Shown here one piece after another: positions 11,928-25,315 of a DNA stretch of 64,000 nt; the first letter of the stretch is position 1; each line of letters begins with the position of its first letter. Source of the DNA: Peribolospora baueri (taxonomy: Eukaryota); assembly GCA_029717555.1 (NCBI GenBank), contig JAMDHS010000004.1, forward strand, positions 62,001 through 126,000, given 5' to 3'. Position numbers and translations under genes: made by a program. A model generated the notes under the pieces. It saw nothing but the letters and a program-made list of their open reading frames with translations, made no database searches and was not told where the DNA came from.

Positions 11928-14900
11928 CTACGCCGACGTTGACGATCGACGCCGTTCGACCACCTCCCCCAGCCAACCCCCACCCCTCTCCAATGTCTGA
12001 ACGATCAACACGACCCAGAAGCTGGCATAAGTGAGCACGGAGATGGGCACCAGGCTCCGTCGGACCACCTCAGGCCACGGGAGGTGTCGCCGTCGGCCGC
12101 CGTGGTGGCGACGCGGTGCGGGTCCCGACGTCGACGCCGACGCGGCGGCAGCTCGTGCTTCCCTCGACGACGGCTCTCGTTGACGGTCCGGCAGGTACTG
12201 GTGCTGAGGGCGAGGTCGGGAAAACGGTTCGGTCGCGCGCCGCTCATGGTAGGGTCCCCGCCGTCGCGAGGCGGCCGTGTGTCGTGGTTGTCTGTAGGAT
12301 TGGGTCCGGGAGAGAGGGTGTGACGGGGATGTGGAGAAGTGATTGCGGAACCGGACGGAGGTGGAGGTGGCGGTGGCGGTGGCATCTGCATCGGTGTCGG
12401 TGTCGCTATTGGCGCTGGCGTATAGTCCCAGGGCACCGCCAGTCTCACCGCCAGTCTCACCCCCAGGCTCACTGCTAGAGGCGGCGGCGGCATCAGACCG
12501 GACCCCTCCCTCGTCCTCGCTGTCCCATCCACCCGCCTTGGCCCAAGCCTCCTGCGCGCTCAAGCTCTCGTCCAAGCCGCCGGCGGGTGGGAGGCCGACG
12601 AGGGCGCGCCAAAACCGGACACCGGTGCCCTCGTGCGCACCCTGGTCGAGGTTGCTCGTCACCCACCTGGCCACATTCTCGCTCACAAGGCTTGTTGTGG
12701 CAATGAGCACCCACGACGCGAGGGGAGCGTTGGGCCCAAAGACAAGGAGAGTGAGCCGGGTGAGAGGCCAGCAGATTGCCTGTAGGGAGAGGAGGCGGAT
12801 GAGAGAAGGTAGGAGCCAGTAGTGGTAGAGCCAGCGACGGAGGAGGAGCGTCGTCATGCTAAAACACCAATGCGCTGTCGCCATTGCCTGCGACGCAGAG
12901 CGTCCGGGGAAGGGATTGAAACGTCAGCGGTGACGTCTCCAGACGCCAAGCCGAACGAACAAACCAAATGCTCACCCATACGCTCGCGACGGCAAACTCT
13001 GCCCTCCCCGGCCTGCGCTCCCCTTCTCCGCCAACGCCTTTGACAGCGTTATGGAGAAGCCAAAACATGCCGATGAGACCGGGCACGACGGCGAGAAGGC
13101 GGAGGAGGAAGAGTAGGAGGTGGATGTAGGGAGAGAGCGGAGCAGAGGAACGGTGTGGAGTGACGTGGTATTGGAAGGCGCGGAGGAGAACGTTGGAGGG
13201 AGATTGGGGTCGTCTTCGGAGTGAGGTGGGCAACTAGAGAGAGCAAAGGCGGCAGCGCGGGAAACAACGAAGGTCAATGCGCGCCACTCAGTTCTGCATA
13301 CCCTGTACATGCGAGGGCGGACGCGGGCGACTCACCGGCTCTTCCTCCGTGCCCGGCTCCTCATAGTAATTCCACTCGCTCTCCACCTCTTCGCCATCGT
13401 GCCCCCGCAACAGCTCGGGTGACGCCGACAGCCGGCGACGGCCGTGAGCAGTATCCGGCGGAATGGCGGCCGTCGAAGGCAGCACGCTCGGGCCCGGAAA
13501 CGGCCTTGGTCTGGAGACGAGGGAATCATGGAGCGGGTGAAGGAAAGGGAAAGCGATGGCACCGCCGTCTGGGTCTGGAAAAGGGGGCTCTCTCGCTGTC
13601 AATGGCGCCGCATAGTCGGGGAGTGTCGGCGAAGGCGGCGTCGCCCTATCAGGCTGAGAAACTGAGCGTGCAAGCGAGAGCGACACTCCAGGAGGTGTTT
13701 CTAAGCTTCCAGTCGCCACCGTGCCGCGCCGTGTAGGAGCTTCGAAGGATGAAGACGAGGAGACGGTGGCTCGACCGCTCCGGGCACGGCCCTCTCGGCG
13801 GAGGAGGGAGAACGCTTGGGACGGAGATGCAGCGGCGTGAGTCGGTCGCAGCCGTGTCCTGTCCGAATGATGTGGAGGAGGTGAAGGGGGTCGAGATGCG
13901 GGCGCTGAGGCTGTGGAGAACGGCCTGACGGGCGACCGCTGGACGGAGGACGAGAACGAAGGAGGGCGCCAAGCGGCTCCGTTTCCACTATCGAGAGAAA
14001 GAGACGAGACGCTCCTCGAAGACGCAGAAGAACGACGCTGAGCCGACAAAGAGAATGTGGGACCTCGAGGGGCTGCAGGAGGATCCCCTGTCCGATTCCC
14101 TCCTTCAGGAACATCAGGGACATGGCGGACAGCCGTTGCCGTGCTCAATGGCATCGGGGCAGCACCGGCGCCAGCCGCGTCACTGCCGCTCTTCGTTCGT
14201 CGGTGCCCGTCCGAGCGTCCGAAATCGCCTTCGATGCCATCCGACTTGGTTCGCGATTCCATCGCTTCACTGGCGCCTGCGACGTCCGTCCCCCATCCCT
14301 CTCGTCCCCGTTCCCCGCCGCCGCGGCTGCTCGACCCGAATCGGTGAGGTTGTGCGCACTCGTGACTGGGACAGTGATGAGAAGCGCCTGGTTCGGGAGC
14401 AGACCTGTACGGGGCCAAGGCGGGGAAGGAGTGTACGGACTTGAGGCTGGCGGGGGACGAGGAGAGCAAGGAGGCGTGCAGGGCAGCGGCGGTGGAAGTG
14501 GACGAGAAACGAGACGGAGCTGGCGGTGCGGACGAAGGACAGGTTGGAGTGCGGCCGGCCAGCTTGGGAGAGTGAGACGGTATGTGGGCGCGGGCGTCGT
14601 CTGGTATGGGTGGGGAGAGGTGGAAAGACGGGGACGGGGAGGAAGGATGAGTGCGAGCGGGAGGCGAAGACGAGATGGGGTCGATGCCGGCCGCCAGACG
14701 GAAGGAGGCGAGGGCGGGGTCGATCTCGACGGCGGTGGGGGTGCGAATGGGGATGGGCACGGCGAGGGTAATACGGTGACGCGAAGAAGAGGGTTCGTGG
14801 TTGTTGTTGTTGTTGTCGTTGTCGTCGCCGTCTTGGTCGTCGCTTGGGTCTTGTAGGACGCCGGGCGAGGTGGAGGCAGTGGTGAGACGAGGGCTGTAGC

Positions 14901-14940
14901 AGGCGATCTTGGTTGTTGGCGTCGTCGTCGTCGAGTTCAT
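11928..14940 (-). CDS. Eos1-like (N-glycosylation/ER membrane) protein with long disordered N-terminus, 3 exons
   Basis: The transmembrane region LLRLLAVVPGLIG...EFAVASVW|AMATAHWCFSMTTLLLRRWLYHY..PSLIRLLSLQAICW...W..IA....RWVTSNL matches the fungal Eos1 pattern as I recall it. Introns are canonical, near 13335-13237 and 12974-12888. Confidence 0.75.
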
Positions 14941-16211
14941 GAGGCTCAAAAGACCAACCGACCTTGCCCTTGCCTCCCTGCTTCCTTCCTTCCTTCCTTC
15001 CTTCCTGTCTGCCTGAAAGAGACGGAGAGGATACGATAGGCGGCAACGTTGGCTGTCTCGGGTCGTCGTCGGTCAACATGATGAGTGCGACGTAAGCGGT
15101 GGCCGGTCGCGTCCAGACGCATTCATCGATCGATACCGGCAGCGGCCCAGCGCCATAGCTAATTCGCCTCGTCTTTCTTTCTTTGCGGACACCTTGGCCA
15201 TGCTTCCACACGTGGACAAGATACAAAGGCCAGGAGCGGAAGGAGAACGAGAACGAAGATAGAAGAGAGCAGAGAGACAAAGGTGTCCGACCGACCGACG
15301 CGGACCTCAAGACCTCCGTGGCTCCATCTACCACGATACACGCCCTCAGACCGGTCTCTCTTTCCTTCTGCTCTCTTGCCAGAGTACTCAGACAGTGAGC
15401 TCGATCCAGCAACAGGAGCAGCATCTGGGTCGTGGAAGATGATAGCATGGCACACCCCTCCATCAGCGGCCTCCAACGCTACCCAGCCTATCAACCGACG
15501 GATGGTGAAGCGGGAGACGGCCGACGTGTTCGTAAGTACTCCAGCTTCGTCCGCTCCCATGCCTCTGCGCCAGTGCTGCTCGTTCAGTGACAGAGACAGA
15601 CGAAATGAGAGAGAAGACGAACAGAAGGCCAGATACGGATATATGTCTCTCCCGGCCGCCGCCTCCACCCCCGCCTTACCGCTGTCCCACTCACAAGTCA
15701 CGAAGACACTCCTGCAGTGCCTTGTGCTCTGATCTGCACGCCCACGCTATGGACAGTCCGGTTCTGTGAGCAGGCGGCGAATGCTGATGGGATGACAGAG
15801 ATAGGTATGGGTAGGTGCACGGGGACGCAACAAAGGCAACAAAGGAAGGCGCAGGGACAAATCTTTAGCAAAGCCACAGCGAGAAGCCACGGCCTGGCTG
15901 GGCGGCACGGACATGCAAGCCGTCGATGGCGGCACATCCCACCTTCAGCACGCTTCTTCGCTCACCTTTGACGACATCGTCGCAAGCTTTGAACGCTTTC
16001 GCCTTAGTCTCCTTGAGCAGTCGTTCTTCTTCTCGCCTGCTCGACGTTGATATCCTTCGCAGCCAGTCTTCCGTCAGCCAGCTCGCCCCTGCCGCGCATC
16101 TCCGCGCGTCGGCCGATCATATCGCGAGCCGACTCGCTTCCTTTCTTCCTTCCTCCAACCATCCAAGCCAGCGTCTCTTCCTTCCTTTTCCTTCCTTTCG
16201 CCGCCACTGCC

Positions 16212-19200
16212 ATGGCCGACCGACCACCCTCACGGCCTAGCAGCAGGCCGTCCTCGTCCTCGTCATCAGCTCGTCCGTCCACCTCTCCCACTCCCGCCTC
16301 TCGCCCACCATCAAGGATCCCACCCCCGGGCTCATCCACATCCATTCCTACCGCCATTCCTCGCCGCACCAGTAACGGCCCTGCCTCTTCCTCCCATCGC
16401 GCTGGAAGCGGCATCCCAGCTAGCTCCAGTCGCTCCTCCGGTATTGCCCTCGGAGCTGGCACTGGGACGTCCAAACGAACAGTCTCACAAGCCGGCATGG
16501 GCACCGGCGAAGATGGTGGGTTCGGCTCCTGTTCCTCCTTTTCCCGTCCGCTCGTATTCGCACAGGCGTGCCCGGCCACGATCCTTATCAGAGCGCTTAC
16601 GTACCCTCAGGCCGCTTTCTCTTTGATCCCACCCCTTCAGAATCTCGTTCCATCAAACGCTCCCTTCTTTCCCGACCGCCGGTGACCCCATCTTCTCGCC
16701 CTTCTTCTTTCGCTCCCCCGGACACCGTCCCCTCTCGTTCCGGATCGCGCCCTTCTTCAAGTCTCGGACAGGCGTCCGCCTTTCCTCCGCCTTCTCCCGG
16801 CTCGGAAGACTCGTTCGCGGTGCTCTCCCTCCGAAGCGAGCTCGAGGCACAGAAGCTCGCGGCTGAGCAGAAGTATGAAGAGTACCAGAGGCAGCTCTCA
16901 GAGCGCGCTCTCGAGATAGAGAGGATCGAGAGGGAGAAGACCAAGTTGGGAGATGTAGTCCTTCAAGTGAACGGCGAGCTGGAGGATTTGAAAGGGGTCA
17001 GCGAGGCGGACAAGGTGGGCGGTTTGGGGGCGAGAAGTACGCATGTCCACCAATCAGCGATCAGTCGTTCATTACGCCTTTTTTTTTCCCCTCCCATCTT
17101 GTCCTTTCAAATCTCAGTCCACTCTCCAAGGCGAAGTAGCAGATCTAAGGCGACAACTCTCCGCCGTCACCGCATCGCAAGCCTCCCTCTCAGAGATGTA
17201 CACGACGTACCAGCAAGCTTCCCGCGCCGAGACGTCGGAGCTACGCAGCACGGTTTCTAAGCTGACGACCGAGGTTGAGGATTGGAGAGAACAGAGTCGG
17301 CGGTGGGAGGCCGATCGGGTGAGGTGGATGAAGGAAAAGGAAGAGTTGGAGAGGGACGTCGAGGAGTCTCGGAATAAGGCGGCGGGCGATAGAAGGAGGG
17401 ACAGCTCTTTCAGTGAGGCGGCGTTAAGAGAAGAAATGCATCGTAAGTTTACTGTCGTCATTTCTCGCTTTCGGCGCGTTTACACGCCCTCAGGTAAACA
17501 GAATTGCCCTAATGCGGGCGAACCGGTCATTGTTCTCGTCCGCCGATTCCCCACCCTTCCTCACAGGACAAGTGGCCCACCTGACGGCGGTGGAGCGGGA
17601 GAACGCAAACTTGCGCGCGCAGGTCAGGTCTCTGCAGACGGACCATTCCAGCGTCCACTATCTTCTAGAGCGGAAGCGAGACCTCGAGCACAAACTCAGA
17701 CTCATGTCGGGCACGCGAGAGCGTTTGGCAGAAACGGAGGAGCTTTTGGAAGAGGAGAGGCAAAAGACCTCTGCGTGGGAGAGGTTACTCTGCGGCGATG
17801 CCAACAGCGGCGGCCCGGGTCTTGGACAGGAGCTTTCTCTGCTCCGAGCAGGAGCTACTGCTAACGAGAACGACGAAATTCTGCCGCCACCTCCGCACCC
17901 ACTGACGCCTGAGACACTCCCTCGCTACCTCTCCTCCCTCCGCTCTCGCATCCTCTCTCTCGCCCAAGAGACATCGACCCTCCGCACCTCGACGGCCAAC
18001 GCCAAGTCCTTTGCGACCGAGAAGGAACGCGCGCTGGAGGACGCTGTCCACGAGGTCGCGGAGGTGAAGGCGGAAAGGGATAAGGTCGAGAAGGAATGGG
18101 TGAGGGCGGAGAAGAGGGTGGAACTGCGGGGGAAGGAAGTCGCTTTTCTGAGAGAGCAGCTGGTAAGCAACGGGCGAACTCGTTTTGAAAGACAGGGCGG
18201 TCGAGCATTGGTAGTCGTTCTGATCCAGTCGTTTGTCCACTTCTTTGACTTTTCTTCGCGGGATCCTGCCGTCCACAGAAAGCATACGATGTCGAAGAGT
18301 CGACCTACAGTGCCGAAACCTTTTCGACCGAGAAGGCTGCCCGCATCGCGGGTCTAGAGCAGCTGCTGCAAGAACACAAGGCGCTAATTGATTCCTTGGC
18401 TGCGGAGCTCGAGCGAGTCGAGCGAGATGGTGAAGATGGCAGGAAGGCGGGCGCTCGGGGATCGCTGACGGCAGAACAGAGAAGGGAGATGGAGGCCAAG
18501 GCGGCCAGAGTGGTCGAGTTGGAGAAGAGTGAGCTGACCCTCTTCATGCGCTCGTCTATCCCATCAAACCCGTCTTATAGCGCTCGCTCACTGTGCCTTT
18601 CCGCCTTCTTTCTCCTTTTTTTTCGCAGCTCTCTCCGATCTCCAAGAGACGCACGCCGCGGCGGTGAAGGAAGTGACGTCTCTTGACACGGAAGTGGGCG
18701 AGCTGCGTCGACGACTGGGCAGGGGCGAGTACGACGCTTCGACGACGAAGGTGCTTTCCTTGATCGACAACCCGGCCTCTCGAGACTTGGCCGTGCGCAC
18801 AGGGACGCTAGAAGCGCTGAGGAAGGAGAATCAGCAGCTGCTGGCGCGCTTAGAGGCGAAGGAGAAGGAGAACGAGGGAGAGGAAGCGGGGGGCCAAGGC
18901 GGAGATGGCATTGTCCCGCAACAAACGGTGATCAACCTCCGGAAGGAGATCGAGCGGCTAGGGGAGGTCGTGGCGCAGAAGGAGAAGATGTTGCTCAGGC
19001 TGAGACAGGCGAGTATGGCGTGTGTTCGGCAAATCTGGTATGCGGGGCGCGCGCACCCACTCCTTTCCTCGCTCATCGTTATCGTTTCTCCTTACGCCCC
19101 CGTTCCTTCCCGTCCACAGGTCTTCTCCGCGAAGGCTCTCGAATTCCGCGAAGCGGTCGAGTCGCTGTTCGGGTATAAGATGAAGTTCCTCGACAACGGA

Positions 19201-19500
19201 AAGGTGGCTCTCACTTCCGTATACGCCCGTGGCCCAAACAGCAAAACGTCGCTCGTGTTTCGATCGGACGAGAACGACAGGGGGACGATGAGGCTGCTCG
19301 AGAGCGGGGACAAGAAGGTCAGCAGGACGATCCGAGACTTGATCGAGTACTGGATCGCCGGCGGGCAGAGGGAGAGCATCCCAGGCTTCTTGGCTGCTTT
19401 GACCTGCGAGTTGTATGAGAGCGTCACGCAGGCTGCGAGGGCCGGGTGGAGGCCCGAAGAGGAGGAGGAGGAGGAAGGCGAAGCTGCGGGCGTGGCGTGA
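16212..19500 (+). CDS. MAD1: Spindle assembly checkpoint protein Mad1, 7 exons
   Basis: Long coiled coil followed by the Mad2-interacting motif TKVLSLIDNPA and RLRQ|VFSAKALEFREAVESLFGYK. The C-terminus is SIPGFLAALTCELYE. Confidence 0.9.
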
Positions 19501-19898
19501 CGAGGCGAGGCGAGAAAGCGAGACGACGACCGATCCGCGCTCGTACTTCCTTGTCCATCTGGCATACCCTGCCCGTTCGTTCTTGTATTTGTACGACGCT
19601 CAAGGCACGTATACGCGTACTAGTGAATAGATAGGCCGCTGTTTTCGAGATGGAGGAGCGGGTGGGAGACAAGAGAACGACACGTCGCTTTGCGCTCGGT
19701 TGGTCGCTCAGCCATCAGCGGCTGAGACCCACGGCACGTTCGAGAGCGCACGGACCACTTTGCGGATCTATTTTGGGTGGAGGTGACGTCAGCCTGTTGC
19801 ATGACCCTCCACATGCAAGGCGGAGGACGAGCGTCGAATGGCATCGAAGAAGTTGATTTGTAAGCGACGGGCGATCCTTGTGCACAACATCGCACCCA

Positions 19899-19905
19899 TA
19901 TAAAG
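19899..19905 (+). promoter_or_regulatory. Putative TATA box of the DJ-1/Hsp31 gene
   Basis: TATAAAG lies about 85-90 bp upstream of the ATG at 19990 and is followed by a pyrimidine-rich leader. Confidence 0.55.
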
Positions 19906-19989
19906 TGTAATCCCCCGCCATCTCCTCGCTCACCACCATTGTCGTCTCGCACACAACTGACATTGCCATCTCCTTCGACCTCTTTCAAT

Positions 19990-21308
19990 ATGTCCGCTGG
20001 CAAGATCCTTTTCGTCGGTGCGTGCGCCTCGTTGGAGTGCTCGCGCCCATTTCGAAGACTTAACTCGCGCCCGTCCCTGCCGCCATCTCGCAATCCGCAG
20101 GCACGAGCCACACCCAGCTCCTCAACGGTAAGCCCACCGGCGGCTACCTTCCTGAGATCGCCCACCCCTACTATGTTCTCAAGAACGCTGGCTATGAGAT
20201 TGTCTATGCTACGCCCAAAGGCGGCGGTGAGTCCCTGTCCTTCGCTGCTCTTTTCCGTCGACGTGTCGACCCTCGCACCTCGCACCTGACACTCTGATCC
20301 GATTTTTCGCACCTTGTTACCTTGTACAACAGAGGCTCCCATCGATCCCGGCTCGATCGAGATGTTCAAGGAGGATCCCGACTCGGCAAAGTTCATGAAA
20401 GACGCGGAGGCGCAGGCGCTTGTCAAGAGTACGAGCAAGCTCAGCCAGTGGGTTGGAAAGGAGGGCGAGTTCAAGGCGGTGTTGTGAGTTCTTTCGCCAT
20501 CCTTCTTTGGCGTGCTCGATTGCAGCACGTTCTACTTTGTCATTGATGAGGCCGGTCGATGGAGCTTGCTCCTACCGACACCAAGCGTCCACACGACCGC
20601 CTATCGCTCCTTCTAACCCTTCCATCTCTGGCCCCCCTTCAATTCTTTAGCTACCCCGGTGGCCACGGTCCCGTGTTCGACCTTCCCGTCGACAAAGACT
20701 CGCAGGCGCTGATCCGTGACTTCTACGAGGCCGGCAAGCCCGTCGCGGTGTGAGTGGCCTTCCTTCCTCCGTCTTCTGTGCACGCAGATTCCCGTATTCG
20801 CACAAGCAGCCTTTGCCCATCTCTTTCGTTCCTTGCGCTCCCGTCGCCTACAGCGTTTGCCACGGTACCGCCGTGCTCGTCGATGTGACGCTCTCCAATG
20901 GCGATAACATCCTCAAGGGGCACAAGGTCACCGGCTTCTCCAACTCCGAGGAGGAGACCGTCGGTCTTACCAAGGCCATTCCCTTCCTTGTGAGTATTTT
21001 TGTGCGCCATCCTTCCGCCTCTGTCCTTTCCTCGCTACAAGAGCCTGTTCCGCCTCCTGTCGATTAATCTCTGGGGATAGCACTGACAACGATTTCGCGT
21101 TTATTTTCTCGATCACTACTCCACACACTCTTCCTTCACACAGCTCGAAACTGTCGTCAAGGAGCGTGGTGCGACGTACGAGAAGGCGGCGCAGGACTGG
21201 GGCGAGTACGTCGTGGCGGATGAGTCGAACGGGAAGTATCTGCTTTCGGGGCAGAACCCCGCTAGCGCGGCCAAGCTCGGCCACGAGATCGTTAAGTGCG
21301 CCAAGTGA
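19990..21308 (+). CDS. DJ-1/PfpI family protein (Hsp31-like glyoxalase III), 6 exons
   Basis: Contains KILFV..SH, TGGYLPEIAHPY, PIDPGS, YPGGHGPVFDL, VCHG (nucleophile Cys), VTGFSNSEE and SGQNPASA. All introns are GT-AG and frame-consistent. Confidence 0.93.
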
Positions 21309-21745
21309 AGGAGAGAAGCAGGGAACATTTGAATATGTGTAGTCAGCGAGGCGGAAAGGAAAAATAAGGGAGGACTTAGGAATAGGAATAGGACACTTCT
21401 GGACGTCTTCCTGGGCCCCTGCCCTTTCGCTCGCCTCGCCTCGCGCACAGGCCGTGCAAGCGACTTGGCAGCGAGATCATACAAGTTGCGTCAGAGAAAC
21501 TCCTAGTAAACCGAACAGGATGCCCGTCTTTGGAGCAGAAAAAGTCGCCTTCAAACGGACCTGCCTGAACAGGCGACCCGACCAGGATGTGTCTTTGGCT
21601 CTGCTTATCGGCGCCTCGACCGACGATGGCCGAAACGGTGCGGAGTCGCGCCACCTATCTGCCTCGTCCTGAACAGCGCTCCAGTCGCAATCCTGCCAAA
21701 CTCTTTTCTTTCACCTGCACGATCACCCCACCTCGTTACGTCACC

Positions 21746-24700
21746 ATGACCCGTCTTGCGCTCAACTTTGCCCTCCTCCTAGGCCTCCTCACCTCGAGCG
21801 GAGTGCTCGCTTCACCCTTCCAGTTCCCCTTCGACCTGAGCGATGGTAAGCCGGCGTCGAAGCTGGCTACCACCAAACTGCATGAGCCCGCCAGACCTCT
21901 GATCTTCTCCGACCCCGTCGTCGCCCACTCGTCTCCCGTCGCCTCTGGCCTTGCTGGCCATCCTCATGACGACGCCTCCGGTCCTTTCGGAGAGCGGGTT
22001 GTCGAGGTTGGCGGAGCTGGGGACTCGAGCTCGACCGCCGACGTCAACGGCAGCGGTGATCTCTACGACGACCACGAGCTCTTCCCCGCTGGCGCCCGCG
22101 ACTTCACCACGCTCACTCATCCCGATTTCCCTGGGGTGAGCGTCAGGCTCAAGAGGCACGGTCGACGCGGTGACCGCGCCGGAGTGGGCGCCATGGGAGA
22201 GGACGCCGGGGATGGGTTTTGCGACACCACTGTCACCAGCTGGAGCGGATGTGAGTCGTGTCGGCCGGCCGTGGCGTCCAAAGGCACAAGACCAAGTCAC
22301 AGGCGGAGAGACCGTTCTTCGTTCATGCGTTCATGCTCACGTCCGGATCGTGTTCCGTCCCCTACGCCGGCCTTGCTCTCAGATGTTGACACCATCGACG
22401 GGAAGAGTTTCTTCATGTACTTCTTCGAGTCGCGCAACGACCCAGAGAACGATGATGTGATCATGTGGACCAATGGTGAGCGAGACGTTCCAACATTGCT
22501 TCTGGCAAATCCTTGGGTGGGCGTCAACTGAGCCGGACGATTGCCTGGGAACGCCGTCCTCATCCCCCCTCCGGTTCTCTTTCCCTGGTTGCTAGGCGGG
22601 CCCGGCTGTTCCTCCTCCCTTGGGCTCTTTATGGAGCTCGGCCCGTGCCGCATCGCAACAGCCGCTCCGAGCGACTGGGGCTCTCCGTCCAAGGGCAACG
22701 GCGTCACCAACAGCACCGTGTACAACCCGTATGGGTGGAACGACAGGGCCAACGTCTTTGTTAGTTCGAACCGAACGGCACCGTTCATGTGCCCACATTG
22801 CTCAGTTCTCGAAGCGTCTTTGCAGAACGGATGAAGGGCGGTGCGACTCACCTCTTCTGTCGCTGCTCCTCTCTTCCCCCTTCACGTGGTCGTTCGTCGT
22901 GCCTTCACCCCATCGTCCAGTTCATCGACCAACCCGTAGGCGTAGGCTTCTCCTACAGGCGCTTCGGCCAGCCCGTTGGCCGGACCGAGGACGCGGCGCG
23001 GGACATCTATGCCTTTTTGCGCATCTTCTTCAGCGCTTTCAGCCGGTTCAAGGACAACAAGTTTCATCTTGCTGGCGAGAGCTATGGGTGCGTCTTTGAG
23101 CGCAACTTGAACTCGACGAGACGATGACCCGGCTCAAGGCGAAGTTAAGCACTGACCAGTTCGTCACTTTAACAATCACGGCCTCCTCACCCGCTTGCTC
23201 AATCCTTCAGTGGTCGCTACCTCCCCGTCTTTGCCTCAACCATCGTAGACGGCAATGCCAAGGCCGCTCCCACGGATAAGATCAACCTACAGACTGTGCT
23301 CATTGGGAACGGGCTCACTGATGGCGTCGCGCAGGTGGGTGCAATGCAGCTAATGGGTTTGGAGCAGATCAGCGGAGCTGAATGGCTTGCGAGGTCGTGC
23401 GAAGGATGTTGGTCCTGGTGGTCGTTTGACCACCGTGCGCATGTGTCTCGCGAGAGCAGAGACGGGAGAAAGGAACTCACTCCGTCGATGTCGTCCTTGT
23501 CTACCATCTACATGTCTCCTTTTTGAGCAGCACGTATCCGGATACGAGTTTGCTTGCACCAAGAAGGGAGGCGCGAGCCCACCCGTTGACATCGAATCCT
23601 GCGTTGTGAGTGTTCTGAGTGCTCAGCCGGCCAGGAGGAAGGCCGTCTCTGTCTTTACTCACGCATTCGCTCGTTCTTCCTGGCCTGCCCACCCGGTATC
23701 TCCCTCTCTTATCCGTCTTTGTTCCATTCACCGGATCCTCTGCTGCGATGGCGGTAAAGGCCATGGCTAGCGCCCTCCCCAGTTGCAAAAAGATGATGGA
23801 GAAAGAATGCCGCGAGACGTTCGACCAAACCCGTTGCTGTAAGCATTTCCGAACGGAACGGCCAATGGAGAGGTCTACTCTCGATTGACACTTTCGTTCG
23901 TCTGGCCCTTCGCGCGCAGCCATGGCGTTCAATTACTGCACCGACCTGGTCGCGACTCCTTACATCATGAAAGCGGCCAAGAACCCATACAACATCGAGG
24001 AGGATTGTGAGTTGCTGCGATGACGAGAGACTCTTTAGCCCACCTCGTCAGATTAGGAAGTCGCGTCTCGAAGCTGACGGCGAACTCTTTCGCCCATTTT
24101 CCTATCCTTCCGATCACCAGGCACCCCGGATCAGCTACAAGACAGCCTCTGCTACCCGGTAACGAAAAACATTACCTCCTACCTGGACCGAGAAGACGTT
24201 CGCTCCGTCCTCGGCGTCCCCGACGGCCTGGGCGCCTTCCAAAGTTGCTCCAGCGAAGTCGGGGGTCTGTTCGCCGCCAACCTTGACATGGTCGCCCCCA
24301 CTCATCTATACGTTGCTGGACTGCTCGAGAGGGGCGTCAAGGTATTGGTTTATGTTGTGAGTTGGGACAAGCTCCTGTACACTCTTCGTTCTGTCCCTCT
24401 GCGCTGGCCTATCTGAAGGGCCGGCCTTGTCTGGGTTTTTCTGGTCACTTCGTCTTGTACTCCGATCGATATTCACTTTATTTGCTTCGCCACTCCGTCT
24501 CGCCCTCATCTCCTTCCAAAGGGTACCCTCGACTGGATCTGCAACTGGCTAGGCAACTACGAGTGGGTCCAGTCCCTCGAGTGGTCCGGCGCCGGCGAGT
24601 TCGCGGACGCTGCCGAGCGTGACTGGCTCGTCAATGGAAAGGTCGCGGGTAGGACGAGAAGCGCTGCTGGCTTGACTTGGGCGACCGTGTATGGCGGTGA

Positions 24701-25036
24701 GTGATGCGGTGTCATGATGGCCTCGATTCTAAGATGGCTGCGACTATGGTATTAAAGTGTGTGCCAACGCTGACGCCTATCATTCGCCTGTGATGCACGT
24801 ATCCAATGCGCGCATTCCCGCCATTTGGCCTCCTACCAGCTGGCGTACGTGTTTCCCTTCGAGGCTGTCCGAATCGTAAGCGAAGGATATGCTTGGCTGA
24901 CATCCACCTATTTCTCTTCCTCTTCCTCTTCCCTCCACTATCATCTTCTTCACACTGACAGCACATGGTGCCTTACGACAAACCTGCGCAAGCTCTAGAG
25001 ATGCTCAACCGCTGGCTTGCGGACGAAGAGCTATAA
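21746..25036 (+). CDS. Serine carboxypeptidase, family S10 (carboxypeptidase Y-like), 12 exons
   Basis: Signal peptide and propeptide followed by [35 protein letters not shown] (Ser), [16 protein letters not shown] (Asp) and [10 protein letters not shown] (His). Confidence 0.93.
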
Positions 25037-25315
25037 GGGTTGGACGCCGCTAACACGATCGGAGAGTACGACGCCCCTACAGGTAACAATGGACGGACGT
25101 GATGAACGGATGGCAAGGGTCGAATCTGGTGTTAGAAGTCGCCTTTTTCGTCTTCCCTGCGCGCTTGCGCCCGCCTTCTCTGCTACTCGTATTGGAACGC
25201 AAAACGAACGAAGTTGCTTATATCCAAGAGGAAATGGAATCCGTGGCCACACTGCATGAAAAGCTCGAAATGTTGCCGTGCGGAGCTAACTCAGCGCAAG
25301 GAGCTCGTTCTGGGA

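Noticed and set aside
24698..24839. Box C/D-like words (ATGATGG...CTGA) in a carboxypeptidase intron
   Set aside because: Box C is imperfect and the CTGA is explained as a CTGAC branch-point-like word.
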